Shown piece by piece: positions 39,085 to 49,110 of a DNA stretch of 64,000 nt. The first letter of the stretch is position 1; each line of letters starts with the position of its first letter. The position numbers and the translations under genes were made by a program. The DNA is from Candidatus Heimdallarchaeota archaeon (GTDB lineage: Archaea > Asgardarchaeota > Heimdallarchaeia > JABLTI01): NCBI GenBank assembly GCA_018238155.1, contig JABCTZ010000022.1, positions 32,001 through 96,000 of the forward strand, in the 5' to 3' direction. The notes below the pieces were generated by a model. That model was not told where the DNA came from. It did no database searches and saw only the letters and a program-made list of their open reading frames with translations.

Positions 39085-40659
39085 TTAAGCTTTTTCTGCT
39101 AATGCTTCTTTGTATTTCTCAAGTCTTTGAATCATTGAATTAATTTCTTTACGAGATAATTCAGGTTCAATTTCTATTTCTTTTCTTTCCTCGATTAATT
39201 GGTCATCTGCTTCTCTTTGTATGGAATACACTTCTTTCATTTCTTCAACTTCAGATTTAAGTTCAATGAAAGTTTTCTCCATTTTGATGTTTTCGTTGAG
39301 CAGTTCGTTGTAAGACTTTTCTAGTTGCATATATTTTGCATCATCTTTTTCGAGGTCAAATAATCGCATATCAACACATTTTTGCATTTCAGAAATAATT
39401 TTAGATTTAAGTTTTTGATAGAAAGATTTTCTATCTCCATAGTGATAATCACTCATAACCGAAGAATCTTCTCCAGAACCATTTCCTCGCCAATGTCCCA
39501 TCAATATCTCGACAATTGTGCTGTCCATTTGTGCTTCTTCACGACATTTTCGATAGAAGGTTTTGCGGAAGTGTGAGGGAGTTATATTGTTTTCAATTTC
39601 AGCTAGCTTAACTAACTTGGTGGTGATTCTTCTGATACTGCCAGGATAAATTCGTTTCTTTGAATAAAAGCTTGTAAAGATGAATGTTTCACCATCTATT
39701 GAATCAGTATAATGATATTGTTTCCGTAAATGTGATTGAATTAACTCAAGTGCTTTCTTTGATATCACGCCATAAAAACCGATTCTCGTTTTGCTCCTTA
39801 CGTGATGAAAAAGATAGAATTCTTCTGTTAGTTCTTGAGGATTGAATGGATCAATGAGATGTTTAATTGACTTGTATTGTAATCGGCACACATCAATATT
39901 TGATAGTCCTGAGCTCCAGAGAGTATGTAAAACTGCTCGTTCAAATAAATCAGCGTGATAAAGCATTGCTCTAAAATCTTCTTTCTGTATTGATTCCTTA
40001 AAATTCTCTAGTTCAAAATCCTCTTCACTCATTATCCCTTTTGTGACTGTTGGGAAATCTTGTTTTCGCCATTGAAATTCAATATCAAGAAATTCTCTAA
40101 AGAAAATTTTCACATAGTTTACTTCTGTCCAAGCGACTTTGTGCTTTACTTTTTGCACTCGCTTATCATAGAAATTTTTTAACATACTTTTGATTATTCC
40201 TTTGCTCAAGAGATTTTTCTCAGAATTTTTCTTCAACTTTGTTGGCGTTGTATCGTGAAAAACACAAAAGTTAGTTAGTGCTCTTGTAACATTATCGGTT
40301 GTTCCTTTGTTCGAGTAATAATTCTTCCAACTTTGCATTAACACATCATCATTAAAGCGATTCTTCTTTTTCTTTGGGTTTCTTTCAATTTTTATCTTTG
40401 CTCCATAGAATCTTAGAAAACGTCTTACGTGTGAGGCAGATATTTTTGTTGATTTAGTTTTTAGTTGATATTCAAGCAGAAAAGGAATTTCTTTTTCAGC
40501 AGATTTGAGCAATTCTTCAACCGTAGAAATTTTACGATAGTTCATATAATTTATTACCGAATAAATATGACTTCGTTTTGTGTTACTGTTTTTTATTTCA
40601 CTTTCTACGAACTTGACTAATTTTTCATTTTCTGTTAAGGGATTTTTAGGTTTTGGCAT
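39085..40659 (-). CDS. Large tyrosine recombinase/integrase with C-terminal coiled coil
   Basis: WSSGLSNIDV, VRSKT, TPSHFRKTF, ILMGH, SDYHY; duplicated helical N-terminal domains. Confidence 0.8.
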   Translation of the reverse strand: MPKPKNPLTENEKLVKFVESEIKNSNTKRSHIYSVINYMNYRKISTVEELLKSAEKEIPFLLEYQLKTKSTKISASHVRRFLRFYGAKIKIERNPKKKKNRFNDDVLMQSWKNYYSNKGTTDNVTRALTNFCVFHDTTPTKLKKNSEKNLLSKGIIKSMLKNFYDKRVQKVKHKVAWTEVNYVKIFFREFLDIEFQWRKQDFPTVTKGIMSEEDFELENFKESIQKEDFRAMLYHADLFERAVLHTLWSSGLSNIDVCRLQYKSIKHLIDPFNPQELTEEFYLFHHVRSKTRIGFYGVISKKALELIQSHLRKQYHYTDSIDGETFIFTSFYSKKRIYPGSIRRITTKLVKLAEIENNITPSHFRKTFYRKCREEAQMDSTIVEILMGHWRGNGSGEDSSVMSDYHYGDRKSFYQKLKSKIISEMQKCVDMRLFDLEKDDAKYMQLEKSYNELLNENIKMEKTFIELKSEVEEMKEVYSIQREADDQLIEERKEIEIEPELSRKEINSMIQRLEKYKEALAEKA

Positions 40660-40873
40660 TTTTTATCACCGACAAATTGTTTATAGTCCTAATATAAAAA
40701 ATGTACTTTATTAATGTTTTTGTATCACAATTCAAATTTATTGAAATTTATTAGTGCAACCATTCTTAATACAAAATACAAGAGGAATAAATCCTCTTTT
40801 TCTCTTTTCTTATGATGTCCCCAAAAGAAATCCATAAATACCATATCAATTATTTTATCTTTATAATTTAAAA

Positions 40874-42625
40874 GTGAGAGTTATTTTAATGAAAAAGAGT
40901 ATAAAATTAATATTACTTCTAGAGGTTCTTTTGATATTTTCTGGAATTTCTAGCCTTATAATTTCGAGTAGTGTTGCTATTCCCGTACAAGAAACGGGTA
41001 CTTTTTCAGCACAAGATTTCCTAACGCCTACAATAACAAGTTGGGAACACTATAGCAGTAATTCATATGTGAAGTTTACTGCAGTAGATATTGATAGTAC
41101 AGGAAACGTATATGTAACTGGAATGATGATAAACGCAACAAACACCTATTCAATTGTAGTTAAATTCGACTCAAATATGAATGAGGTTTGGAATACTACA
41201 GAGATCCTAATAGGCAATGGTCATATAACTGATATTTCTGTGGATTCTGAAGGTTATATTTACACTGTTGGTTACAGAGAAAATACTGCTCCTCCCAATG
41301 AGTATTTTGGTTTTTATTATAAATATAATAACACTGGTTTTCAGCAGTCTGGCTCCACTTATTATAGTTCATACACAAGTCTAGTAACTAGTGCTATTGA
41401 TGATTTGGGCTATCAAGAAATTGTTTTTTGTGGGTATCTACAAAATTATGATGGTTCATATAATGCAACAATAGTTGAAAGAGTAGATCATGGATTGAAT
41501 GGAACTTCTTGGTCGAATACTTTTACTCCAACTAACAAAGAACTTTATCTTTTTGATATAGAAGCAAGCAGTCTTGGAGATATATTAGTTACAGGTTGGG
41601 TGAATTCGTCAACAAACCATAAAGATATTTTTATTGGAAAATTTAGTGGAACAATGGGAGGCCAAATTTGGAACAACACTTGTTTTTCGGGTCCAAAAAA
41701 TGATCTTGCTAACGAAATAGAGTTAACTGGAAATAACATCTATGTTGCAGGTGAAAAAGAATCATATTCTAGTGATATATTTTCAGATGCTTATTTAGCT
41801 AAACTCGATTTGAATGGTGATGTTGTTTGGAATGCAAGTTTCGATTGTAAACCTAACGAAAATCAAGGTGAAAGTGTTTATGGTTTAGCGATAACCGACA
41901 ATGACAATGCAATAATCTGTGGCTATGACTTAGGTACGTATAGCTTTATAGCTGAATTCTCAAGTGCAGGTTCTCTTCTATGGAATTATACAATAGATTT
42001 TAGTGCAATGTATTTTGAAGATGTCGAATATAGAGCTACTGATGGAAAAATATTTGCTGTAGGAACTAAAGATAGTTCAGGCAACTATGCGGGTGGGATA
42101 TATGTTTTTGATTATCACCCTCCTCAGAATGACGCCAACTCTGGTGACGATGCTGGTGATAATTTCAGTTCAGCATTACTCATTTCAGCTGGAACACATC
42201 AAGGTTCACTCTATCTTGATGATATCAATGATTGGTATCAGTTTTCAGTTACTATTGGAGATCGAATAGACGTGTCATTAACTGGTGATGTTGGAACCGA
42301 TTTTGATATTTGGTTAAATGATCCAATAGGTACTAGTAAAGCTTCAAGTGCTGCATTAACCTATCCTGATGCATTCTCCTTTGTTGCAGATTCAAGTGGC
42401 AATTGGCGTGTATTAGTAAACAAAATTACAGGTGAAGGCGATTATTCTTTAACTATAACAATAACTTCTCCGTCTACTTCACCAACACCAACTTCTCCCT
42501 CTCCAACACCAAGCCCAAGTGGTAATTTCTTTGCCGATAATTGGTATTGGTTTGCAATTGGAGGTGGTGGTTTATTGGTGCTTGTAATAGTCATTGTAAT
42601 TGTCAAAATTGCAAGAAGGAAATAA
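40874..42625 (+). CDS. Cell-surface protein: beta-propeller repeats + PPC-like domain + P/S/T linker + C-terminal TM anchor
   Basis: DIDSTGNVYVTG / VDSEGYIYTVG repeats, NDANSGDDAG...DWYQF...DFDIWL, TSPSTSPTPTSPSPTPSP, TM helix then KIARRK. Confidence 0.8.
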   Translation: MRVILMKKSIKLILLLEVLLIFSGISSLIISSSVAIPVQETGTFSAQDFLTPTITSWEHYSSNSYVKFTAVDIDSTGNVYVTGMMINATNTYSIVVKFDSNMNEVWNTTEILIGNGHITDISVDSEGYIYTVGYRENTAPPNEYFGFYYKYNNTGFQQSGSTYYSSYTSLVTSAIDDLGYQEIVFCGYLQNYDGSYNATIVERVDHGLNGTSWSNTFTPTNKELYLFDIEASSLGDILVTGWVNSSTNHKDIFIGKFSGTMGGQIWNNTCFSGPKNDLANEIELTGNNIYVAGEKESYSSDIFSDAYLAKLDLNGDVVWNASFDCKPNENQGESVYGLAITDNDNAIICGYDLGTYSFIAEFSSAGSLLWNYTIDFSAMYFEDVEYRATDGKIFAVGTKDSSGNYAGGIYVFDYHPPQNDANSGDDAGDNFSSALLISAGTHQGSLYLDDINDWYQFSVTIGDRIDVSLTGDVGTDFDIWLNDPIGTSKASSAALTYPDAFSFVADSSGNWRVLVNKITGEGDYSLTITITSPSTSPTPTSPSPTPSPSGNFFADNWYWFAIGGGGLLVLVIVIVIVKIARRK

Positions 42626-42846
42626 GTGAATACCATGTTGAGAAAGAGCTTTGTTTTTTCTCTTCCAATTTATTTTTTTTATCTAAAACATCAGAGAAGC
42701 ACCTATAATACTATTTTTGGAGACGACAAAAAACGTGCTCTTCAAGAAAAGGTTTAAATTCAAGTCAAAATATTTTAAGAACTACTTAGAATCAATCATT
42801 TATTATTTTTCTTAGAAACAAGATACAATATTCTGGTGCTAAAGAT

Positions 42847-43083
42847 ATGTCCATTAAACGAACTAAATCCGAATTACCGTTGGCGCCCATCGAAAGGATG
42901 ATCAAAGAAACGACTAATTTACTTGTCTCAGAGAGTGCTTCTCTTGAATTACGAAAAGTTATCACTGAGATTATTGAAGAGCTCTCTTTAGATGCTGCAG
43001 ATCTAGCTATTTTTTCCAAAAGGAAAACAATTAAGGATAGAGATATTGCTTTAGCCTATAAAAATAGAAAGAAAGTTCGCTGA
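42847..43083 (+). CDS. Archaeal histone, variant
   Basis: ELPLAPIERMIK...VSESA...LA..SKRKTIKDRDIALA aligns with the HMf fold. Confidence 0.9.
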   Translation: MSIKRTKSELPLAPIERMIKETTNLLVSESASLELRKVITEIIEELSLDAADLAIFSKRKTIKDRDIALAYKNRKKVR

Positions 43084-43233
43084 CTGAGCTTTTTCTATTC
43101 ACTCTTTTTTGTCAATAGCATTTTTCATATAAAGTTAAGCTTTTAAACAACGACGTATGTTTATAGTAAAACGGTATGAATGAAATATTCACATCTTATC
43201 TGATGAACAAACTCGACCGTTCACTAAGGCGAA

Positions 43234-44841
43234 GTGATTATGTCAAAACGAATAACTATCGATGATTTAGTTTTAATTTTTGGTGAAAACTTTATCCCTC
43301 CTGAAATTGATAAAAAAATAGTTATGAAACATTTTGAGGTAAGTTCAAATCGTATTATTGGTGAAAAGACAATTGACAAATTAAAAAAAGCTCTATTAAC
43401 TTCTATTGAAGCAGCAAAAGCAGAACAATTCAAAGTTCGGGGAGGAGTAATTAATTCTCCATTTGATCAATTAAAGCCCGAATCTATCACATCAATGCAA
43501 CAATCACCAACCTCACTCGAAAAAAAGCCTGTGGAAAAAGAAGTTGTTAAAAAAGACAAATATGGGCTGAGTTCTATTAAATCAGGCTTAGTATCGAAAC
43601 GAATAGAAAAAAGAACAAATGGGCAAAACGATTTAACTGAAAAGAACAGAGCAAATGAACAAAATAGTACTGCTAAAATTGATGATTCTTTACTGCCATC
43701 TATTGAGGATTTAACTATACTTTCAGGTGGTCAATTGGTTCGAAAAGAAGGAGAAGCAATACAGCAGGTGCAAAAAGAAGTTGCCATACGAGAATATCAA
43801 GCTCAAGAAGAATCCAGAAGTGTTCGTTGGGGTCAAGAATTTACTAAAAATCGCGAAGGAAAAACACAAGAAATTAATAATCCATCGTATATTTTTCACT
43901 CAAATTTGTGGCAATTTGAAGAAGCACGAGAACAATCTAAAAAGAGTAGATGTGATATTCTCCAACATGCCGTTTTAGATATGTTAGCAAACAACATCAA
44001 TGTAGTAATGCTTGAAAATGAGACAGAACCATTTTTTGTAGTTGAAGGATACGGTTTAATAAAATCTAAGGATTCATTAAAGGATAAAATTAGTATTCAT
44101 GAGCAGATTCAGTTGATTGTTATTTCAAGTGATGCTTGGCAAATTGCTCTAAAGAAACCTGAAGCAATGATTCGGGGAATAGATCGTTCGAATATTAATA
44201 GATCTCATTCAATTGATATGACTAGTGTTATCCCTTTAGCCAACGTGAGAACAAAGATAGTTGAATTGGATAACAAATTCAAAATAGAATTTCAAGAGCC
44301 AAACCCCATAATGGATAAAACTTTGCTTGCTTTGCAGAAACATAGAAAAAATGTCGTATGGACTTGTGGAGCATCTACCATTACAAATTTACGTGAAGCT
44401 GTAAATGGACACAGAGCATTTATTGATAGACCTCATAATTCTCTAAACATGGTAGTAATAGGTACTAATCAAGCATTTCATCCCATAAAAATCAAATTCG
44501 ATCAAAGTGGTAATTTTTCTGTTGAAGAACTATTACCGGGATATTGTACAAAACATTCTATTTTATCAACCGCTGCAATCAAAGACATTTTTGGTTGCAT
44601 TCCAGCAATATATGATTCAAGTAGTTTGGGGACACCAGAAAGCGAAGTAGTGAAAATTGCTGAATCAGTATATAAAAGATTAGGATATAGTGCAATCGAA
44701 ACAACATTTGATTTAGGATATGTTTTGGGAAACGCAAATGATGTTGCTCCAATTAGCAAATTAGATATTATTCTTCCATTACCACATCAAGAAATGCAAG
44801 AAAAAATGGAACGAAAAGGATTTAACTTTATCTTTTTATAG
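43234..44841 (+). CDS. Hypothetical protein
   Basis: 535-aa ORF; no motif recognised. Confidence 0.6.
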   Translation: MIMSKRITIDDLVLIFGENFIPPEIDKKIVMKHFEVSSNRIIGEKTIDKLKKALLTSIEAAKAEQFKVRGGVINSPFDQLKPESITSMQQSPTSLEKKPVEKEVVKKDKYGLSSIKSGLVSKRIEKRTNGQNDLTEKNRANEQNSTAKIDDSLLPSIEDLTILSGGQLVRKEGEAIQQVQKEVAIREYQAQEESRSVRWGQEFTKNREGKTQEINNPSYIFHSNLWQFEEAREQSKKSRCDILQHAVLDMLANNINVVMLENETEPFFVVEGYGLIKSKDSLKDKISIHEQIQLIVISSDAWQIALKKPEAMIRGIDRSNINRSHSIDMTSVIPLANVRTKIVELDNKFKIEFQEPNPIMDKTLLALQKHRKNVVWTCGASTITNLREAVNGHRAFIDRPHNSLNMVVIGTNQAFHPIKIKFDQSGNFSVEELLPGYCTKHSILSTAAIKDIFGCIPAIYDSSSLGTPESEVVKIAESVYKRLGYSAIETTFDLGYVLGNANDVAPISKLDIILPLPHQEMQEKMERKGFNFIFL

Positions 44842-44876
44842 AGAATGGTCTTGAATTCTTCTAGGTCTTGTAAATT

Positions 44877-46220
44877 ATGAAGAATGTGCTGCATATTGGA
44901 TTTGATGATACAGATTCTCTCAAAGGCTCTTGTACAACTCATCTAGCTACTTTGATCATTCAAGAGATATTTGATCAAATAACATTCCTTGATTTTCCAA
45001 ATTTAATCAGATTGAATCCCAATATACCGTACAAGACACGAGGAAATGGCGCAGTTGCACTCAGAATCAAAGGAGAAGAAAAAGATCTCGAGTATTGTAA
45101 AGAGATTGTCATCAATAAAGTAAAGAATCTTTCTGAAGTTGATGATGAAAATACAAATCCGGGAATAGCTTTTGTTGAAAATGAGGTACCAAAAGAAATT
45201 GTTGCTCATTCAAAAAGGGCAATGTGGGATGTCATTTCAATAAAAGAAGCAGAGGAATTTAGCTCTTTTTCAAATGTTGAAGTTATCAAATTTAAACTAG
45301 GGAGAGGTATTATCGGTGCACTTGGAGCCATTGGAAATCCATTGAAAGATGATTTTACATATGAGCATTTGAGTTATCGAGAACCTAAAAATTTCGGTAC
45401 AAAACGTCTTGTCGATAGTGAAAGTATTTATTTTGCAGATAAGGAAACACCTCTAACTTTCAACAACATTGATTATGAGTACAATTCCATTATGATTCTT
45501 CCCAGAGGTGCGGACCCGGTATTCACGGGCATACGTGGAGAAACAGTTGAAGCGGTTAGAAAAGCATACAGTCTAATTAGCCCCTTAGAAGAACTTCCAA
45601 TGCAAATGGTTTTTCGAACGAATCAACATACAAACCAACACTTTACCAAGCAATTTTCAATAAATGAATTGAAACCATATATCTCAGCCATTGTTGATGC
45701 TGATGTTACAAATAAACCACACTATATTGAAGGGAGTCATCTAATATTTTCTGTTGAGGATTCTACTGGAAAAATCGATTGTGCTGCCTACGAACCCACA
45801 AAACGATTTCGTGGTCAATTAAGTAAATTGCTTATTGGAGATAAGATCACTGTTTTTGGAGGAATCAGACCAGCAGAAGAAAAACATCAAATGACAATTA
45901 ACATTGAACGTCTGAAAATAAATGAACTTGTTAAGAAAAACAAATTCGAGAACCCATTCTGCTCCAATTGTCAATCTAGATTAAAATCAGCAGGGAAAAA
46001 CAAGGGATACAAGTGTCCCAAATGCTCAACCAAATATCGAGAATTACAACCAAATGAAATCGAGATACCAAGAGAATTAACAATTGGAGAATATTTACCT
46101 CCAATGATAGCCCAAAGACATCTAACAAAACCGAAAGTGAGAGGGAACAGAGATAATTCATCTACACAGAAGCAGATAAAAGAAATCAATACTATTCTAG
46201 CTGCTTTGGTGGAAAATTAG
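44877..46220 (+). CDS. tiaS: tRNA(Ile2) agmatinylcytidine synthetase
   Basis: IGFDDTDS..GSCTTH, RLNPNIPYKTRGNGA, PVFTGIRG, TNQHT, AAYEPTK, CxxC...CxxC, RHLTKP. Confidence 0.95.
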   Translation: MKNVLHIGFDDTDSLKGSCTTHLATLIIQEIFDQITFLDFPNLIRLNPNIPYKTRGNGAVALRIKGEEKDLEYCKEIVINKVKNLSEVDDENTNPGIAFVENEVPKEIVAHSKRAMWDVISIKEAEEFSSFSNVEVIKFKLGRGIIGALGAIGNPLKDDFTYEHLSYREPKNFGTKRLVDSESIYFADKETPLTFNNIDYEYNSIMILPRGADPVFTGIRGETVEAVRKAYSLISPLEELPMQMVFRTNQHTNQHFTKQFSINELKPYISAIVDADVTNKPHYIEGSHLIFSVEDSTGKIDCAAYEPTKRFRGQLSKLLIGDKITVFGGIRPAEEKHQMTINIERLKINELVKKNKFENPFCSNCQSRLKSAGKNKGYKCPKCSTKYRELQPNEIEIPRELTIGEYLPPMIAQRHLTKPKVRGNRDNSSTQKQIKEINTILAALVEN

Positions 46221-46321
46221 TTTTTTCAAGTATAAAGCATCAAAAAAATGATATACGGAATATTTTAATAGTATCTTTAAAATCTCTCTTTTAGAGACTC
46301 TAGCAAGAGGAGAAATAGATC

Positions 46322-46762
46322 ATGATTTCTATTGACAAATATGAATTTGATGAAAATCTGTATTATTACACTAAAGGAGATGGGCACGTATGGGTTAAGA
46401 AACTCGACGATGGAAAAATACGTGTTGGTTTTGATGACTTTGGTCAACAACTCGCGGGGAAAATCCTATTTGTCAGAACGGTCTCTCCTGGAAAAGAAAG
46501 ACCAAAAGGTAAAAGCTTAGGAACAATTGAAACAGGTAAATATGTTGGTGCAATTAAATGTCCGGTCAATGGAACCGTTGTTGAAGTAAATCCGGCAATA
46601 AAAGAATCCCCATCACTCATTAATGATGACCCATATGATAAAGGTTGGATTGCGATTATTGACCCCAGTAATCTTGAAGAAGATCTAAAAGAAGATTTCG
46701 TATTTGGTGAATCCGAGTTAAAAGAATGGATGGAAAAAGAAATCGAGTCTCATGTTAAATAA
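46322..46762 (+). CDS. gcvH: Glycine cleavage system H protein
   Basis: HVWV, GTIETGKYV (lipoyl Lys), INDDPYDKGW. Confidence 0.92.
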   Translation: MISIDKYEFDENLYYYTKGDGHVWVKKLDDGKIRVGFDDFGQQLAGKILFVRTVSPGKERPKGKSLGTIETGKYVGAIKCPVNGTVVEVNPAIKESPSLINDDPYDKGWIAIIDPSNLEEDLKEDFVFGESELKEWMEKEIESHVK

Positions 46763-46907
46763 GAACGCTAATACTAAATTCTTTTTTCCCTTTCTCTTTT
46801 TATTTTCGTTTCTAATTTTGTTTCTTTGACATAATAGTTTTAAATGGAATACTGTAATACCTTGTTGTTTATTTTAAACTGAACAGATACGCGAGGAAAT
46901 ATTACCA

Positions 46908-47795
46908 ATGGAATTCGCACCAATTATTGAGAAGGTTGCATTCAACTTAATGAAATATTCCGCTACTGTTTTACCAGATAACGCTATCAAAGCAATAAAA
47001 ACTGCTTATGAAAAAGAAAAAAGCACTACTGGAAAAGCACAACTAGGAGCAATCATTAGGAATTTTGAATCTGGAGCCGAGAAGAGCACTCCAATGTGTC
47101 AAGATACAGGTATTCATATTTACTATGTTGAAATTGGGGCAGATTGCCCAATTGATGACCTTGGAAAATTTAGGGAAGCATTTACTAATGCTTCCAAAAA
47201 AACTACTACTGAAGTACCAATGAGACCAAATGCGGTCGATCCTTTTGGCAGTAATTCAGGTGATAATACAGGAAGATATATCCCTTGGATTAACTGGGAG
47301 ATTGTTTCAGGTGACAAAATCAAAATCACTGCTTTTCCAAAAGGTGGTGGAAGCGAAAATATGAGTACAGTCAAAATGCTCAAACCTGGTGTTGGACTCA
47401 AAGGTGTTATGAAAGAAGTGGTTGATTGGATGATTAGTGCAGGTGGTCAACCTTGTCCCCCAACTATTGTTGGTGTTGCAATAGGAGGAGGAGCTGATAT
47501 TGCCATCAAAATAGCTAAGAAGCAACTAATGAGACCAATTGGTGAACCACATCCACAAAAAGAAGTTGCAGAAATGGAACAGAAACTGTTGAAAGCAATA
47601 AATAACTCAGGAATTGGTCCAATGGGACTTGGTGGAAATATCACCTCATTAGCAGTTCATATGGACTATGCTATGAGACACCCTGCATCTTTACCCTTGG
47701 GAATTGCTGTACAATGTTGGGCTGCAAGACAATCAGCTGCTGAAATAAGCGCAGATGGTAAGGTAAAATACCTTCATCATGACATTAAGGATTGA
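46908..47795 (+). CDS. Fe-S fumarate/tartrate hydratase, alpha subunit
   Basis: PMCQDTG, KGGGSEN, PCPP, GIGPMGLGG, HPASLP, QCWA. Confidence 0.93.
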   Translation: MEFAPIIEKVAFNLMKYSATVLPDNAIKAIKTAYEKEKSTTGKAQLGAIIRNFESGAEKSTPMCQDTGIHIYYVEIGADCPIDDLGKFREAFTNASKKTTTEVPMRPNAVDPFGSNSGDNTGRYIPWINWEIVSGDKIKITAFPKGGGSENMSTVKMLKPGVGLKGVMKEVVDWMISAGGQPCPPTIVGVAIGGGADIAIKIAKKQLMRPIGEPHPQKEVAEMEQKLLKAINNSGIGPMGLGGNITSLAVHMDYAMRHPASLPLGIAVQCWAARQSAAEISADGKVKYLHHDIKD

Positions 47796-47800
47796 GGAAA

Positions 47801-48412
47801 ATGGCAGAAGTAAAATTAACAACTCCAATATCAGAAGAAGATATTCGAAAACTCAAAGCAGGAGATACATTGTATATCAGTGGTAAGATGTTCCTTGCAA
47901 GAGATGAAGCACACCTTCGAGCAATTGAATTATTTGATGAAGGAAAAGAGCTTCCTTTTGATTTCAAAGGATTAGCTGTTTTTCATTGTGGACCTATTGT
48001 AAAACAAGATGACACAGGTCAATGGCATGTTATTGCTGCAGGACCAACGACTTCATCGAGAATGGAAATTTTCCAAGATGAATTCATAAAAAGGTTCAGA
48101 GTAAGTGTTGTTATCGGTAAAGGTGGAATGTTTGAACGCACCACAGCAGCAATGAAAAAATATGGTTGTGTATATGCTGCTTTCACTGGTGGTGCTGCAG
48201 TTCTTGCTGCAGATGGAGTCAAAAGAGTGGAGGGTGTCGAATGGTTAGATTTAGGCACTCCAGAAGCTTTATGGGTTTTCGAAGCAGAGAATTTCGGTCC
48301 TTTGACAATTGCAATTGATAGTCATGGAAATAATTTATTCAAAGATATTGCTGACAAAGCTGATAAGAATAGAGCAAAATCTTATGAAATTATTGGTGTT
48401 TCAAAAGATTAA
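47801..48412 (+). CDS. Fe-S fumarate/tartrate hydratase, beta subunit
   Basis: ARDEAH, HCGP, GPTTSSRM, IGKGGM, DLGTPEA, IDSHGN. Confidence 0.93.
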   Translation: MAEVKLTTPISEEDIRKLKAGDTLYISGKMFLARDEAHLRAIELFDEGKELPFDFKGLAVFHCGPIVKQDDTGQWHVIAAGPTTSSRMEIFQDEFIKRFRVSVVIGKGGMFERTTAAMKKYGCVYAAFTGGAAVLAADGVKRVEGVEWLDLGTPEALWVFEAENFGPLTIAIDSHGNNLFKDIADKADKNRAKSYEIIGVSKD

Positions 48413-48987
48413 TTATCTTCTTTTGAAATCCTATTTTCCTTTTTTTCCAAGTCTTTAGAATAATAAACCCAAAAATAACCATTTTTCTTAGTTTTCTCCC
48501 CATCTTCAAAACCCAGTTTTTGAGCTAGTTTTTTCATCCCAAAATTATCTATCCGTGTACATAATCTCGCTCGTTTGAATTTTAATTCATGCCCTCTTTT
48601 TAAGATGTATTTCATTAATTCTTTCCCAATCCCTTTTCGTTGAAAACCTTCAGCTACAGTTATTCCTATATCAAAATCTCCTTCCACTAAATCTTCCTCT
48701 TCTTGCCAATCACCAAAGAGAGTAACCAACCCAACTATCCCACTTGGATTGTCTCTAAGTCGCTTCCAGGGCAATACTTTGCGAATAAATCTTCTTCCCT
48801 CTTCCTCTATCTCCTCTTTGGATAATACTGCTACATAAACTTCCCATAATCCCATAACTATATTATTAACCCAGTCCTCAACAAGTTCTTCAGTATCACT
48901 CATCATACCTACTAATTGTTTATCAATTGGTTCGATGAGATCATATAATCCTTGCCAATCATCTGATTGAATGAGACGAATTTCCAT
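48409..48987 (-). CDS. GNAT-family acetyltransferase
   Basis: GITVAEGFQRKGIGKEL...N..MKKLAQKLGF. Confidence 0.88.
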   Translation of the reverse strand: MEIRLIQSDDWQGLYDLIEPIDKQLVGMMSDTEELVEDWVNNIVMGLWEVYVAVLSKEEIEEEGRRFIRKVLPWKRLRDNPSGIVGLVTLFGDWQEEEDLVEGDFDIGITVAEGFQRKGIGKELMKYILKRGHELKFKRARLCTRIDNFGMKKLAQKLGFEDGEKTKKNGYFWVYYSKDLEKKENRISKEDN

Positions 48988-49110
48988 GTATTGTTCACTG
49001 GTAAATAACTGTAAATTTGATATTTAAAAAAGTAATTTTCATGAGGAAAATTCATTTGAATTGCCTTATAACACCAAAACTTTTTGAGGTGCAAATTATA
49101 AGCAAGACAC

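Larger units (their letters stand above)
29126..40659 (-). mobile_element. Integrated, partly decayed mobile element (provirus/plasmid-like island); ends approximate
   Basis: Two tyrosine recombinases, ParA/MinD, small coupled ORFans, homopolymer frameshifts and a motif array, all on one strand. It interrupts housekeeping context (glyA ... histone/tiaS). No att repeat was confidently found. Confidence 0.75.

Noticed and set aside
29041-40696. 16/19-matching inverted pair TATATTAGAGCTAAAAACA (29041-29059) and TATATTAGGACTATAAACA (reverse of 40678-40696) near the island ends
   Set aside because: AT-rich and imperfect, and the right copy overlaps the probable integrase promoter; tyrosine integrases usually leave direct repeats. 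Too weak to call as termini.
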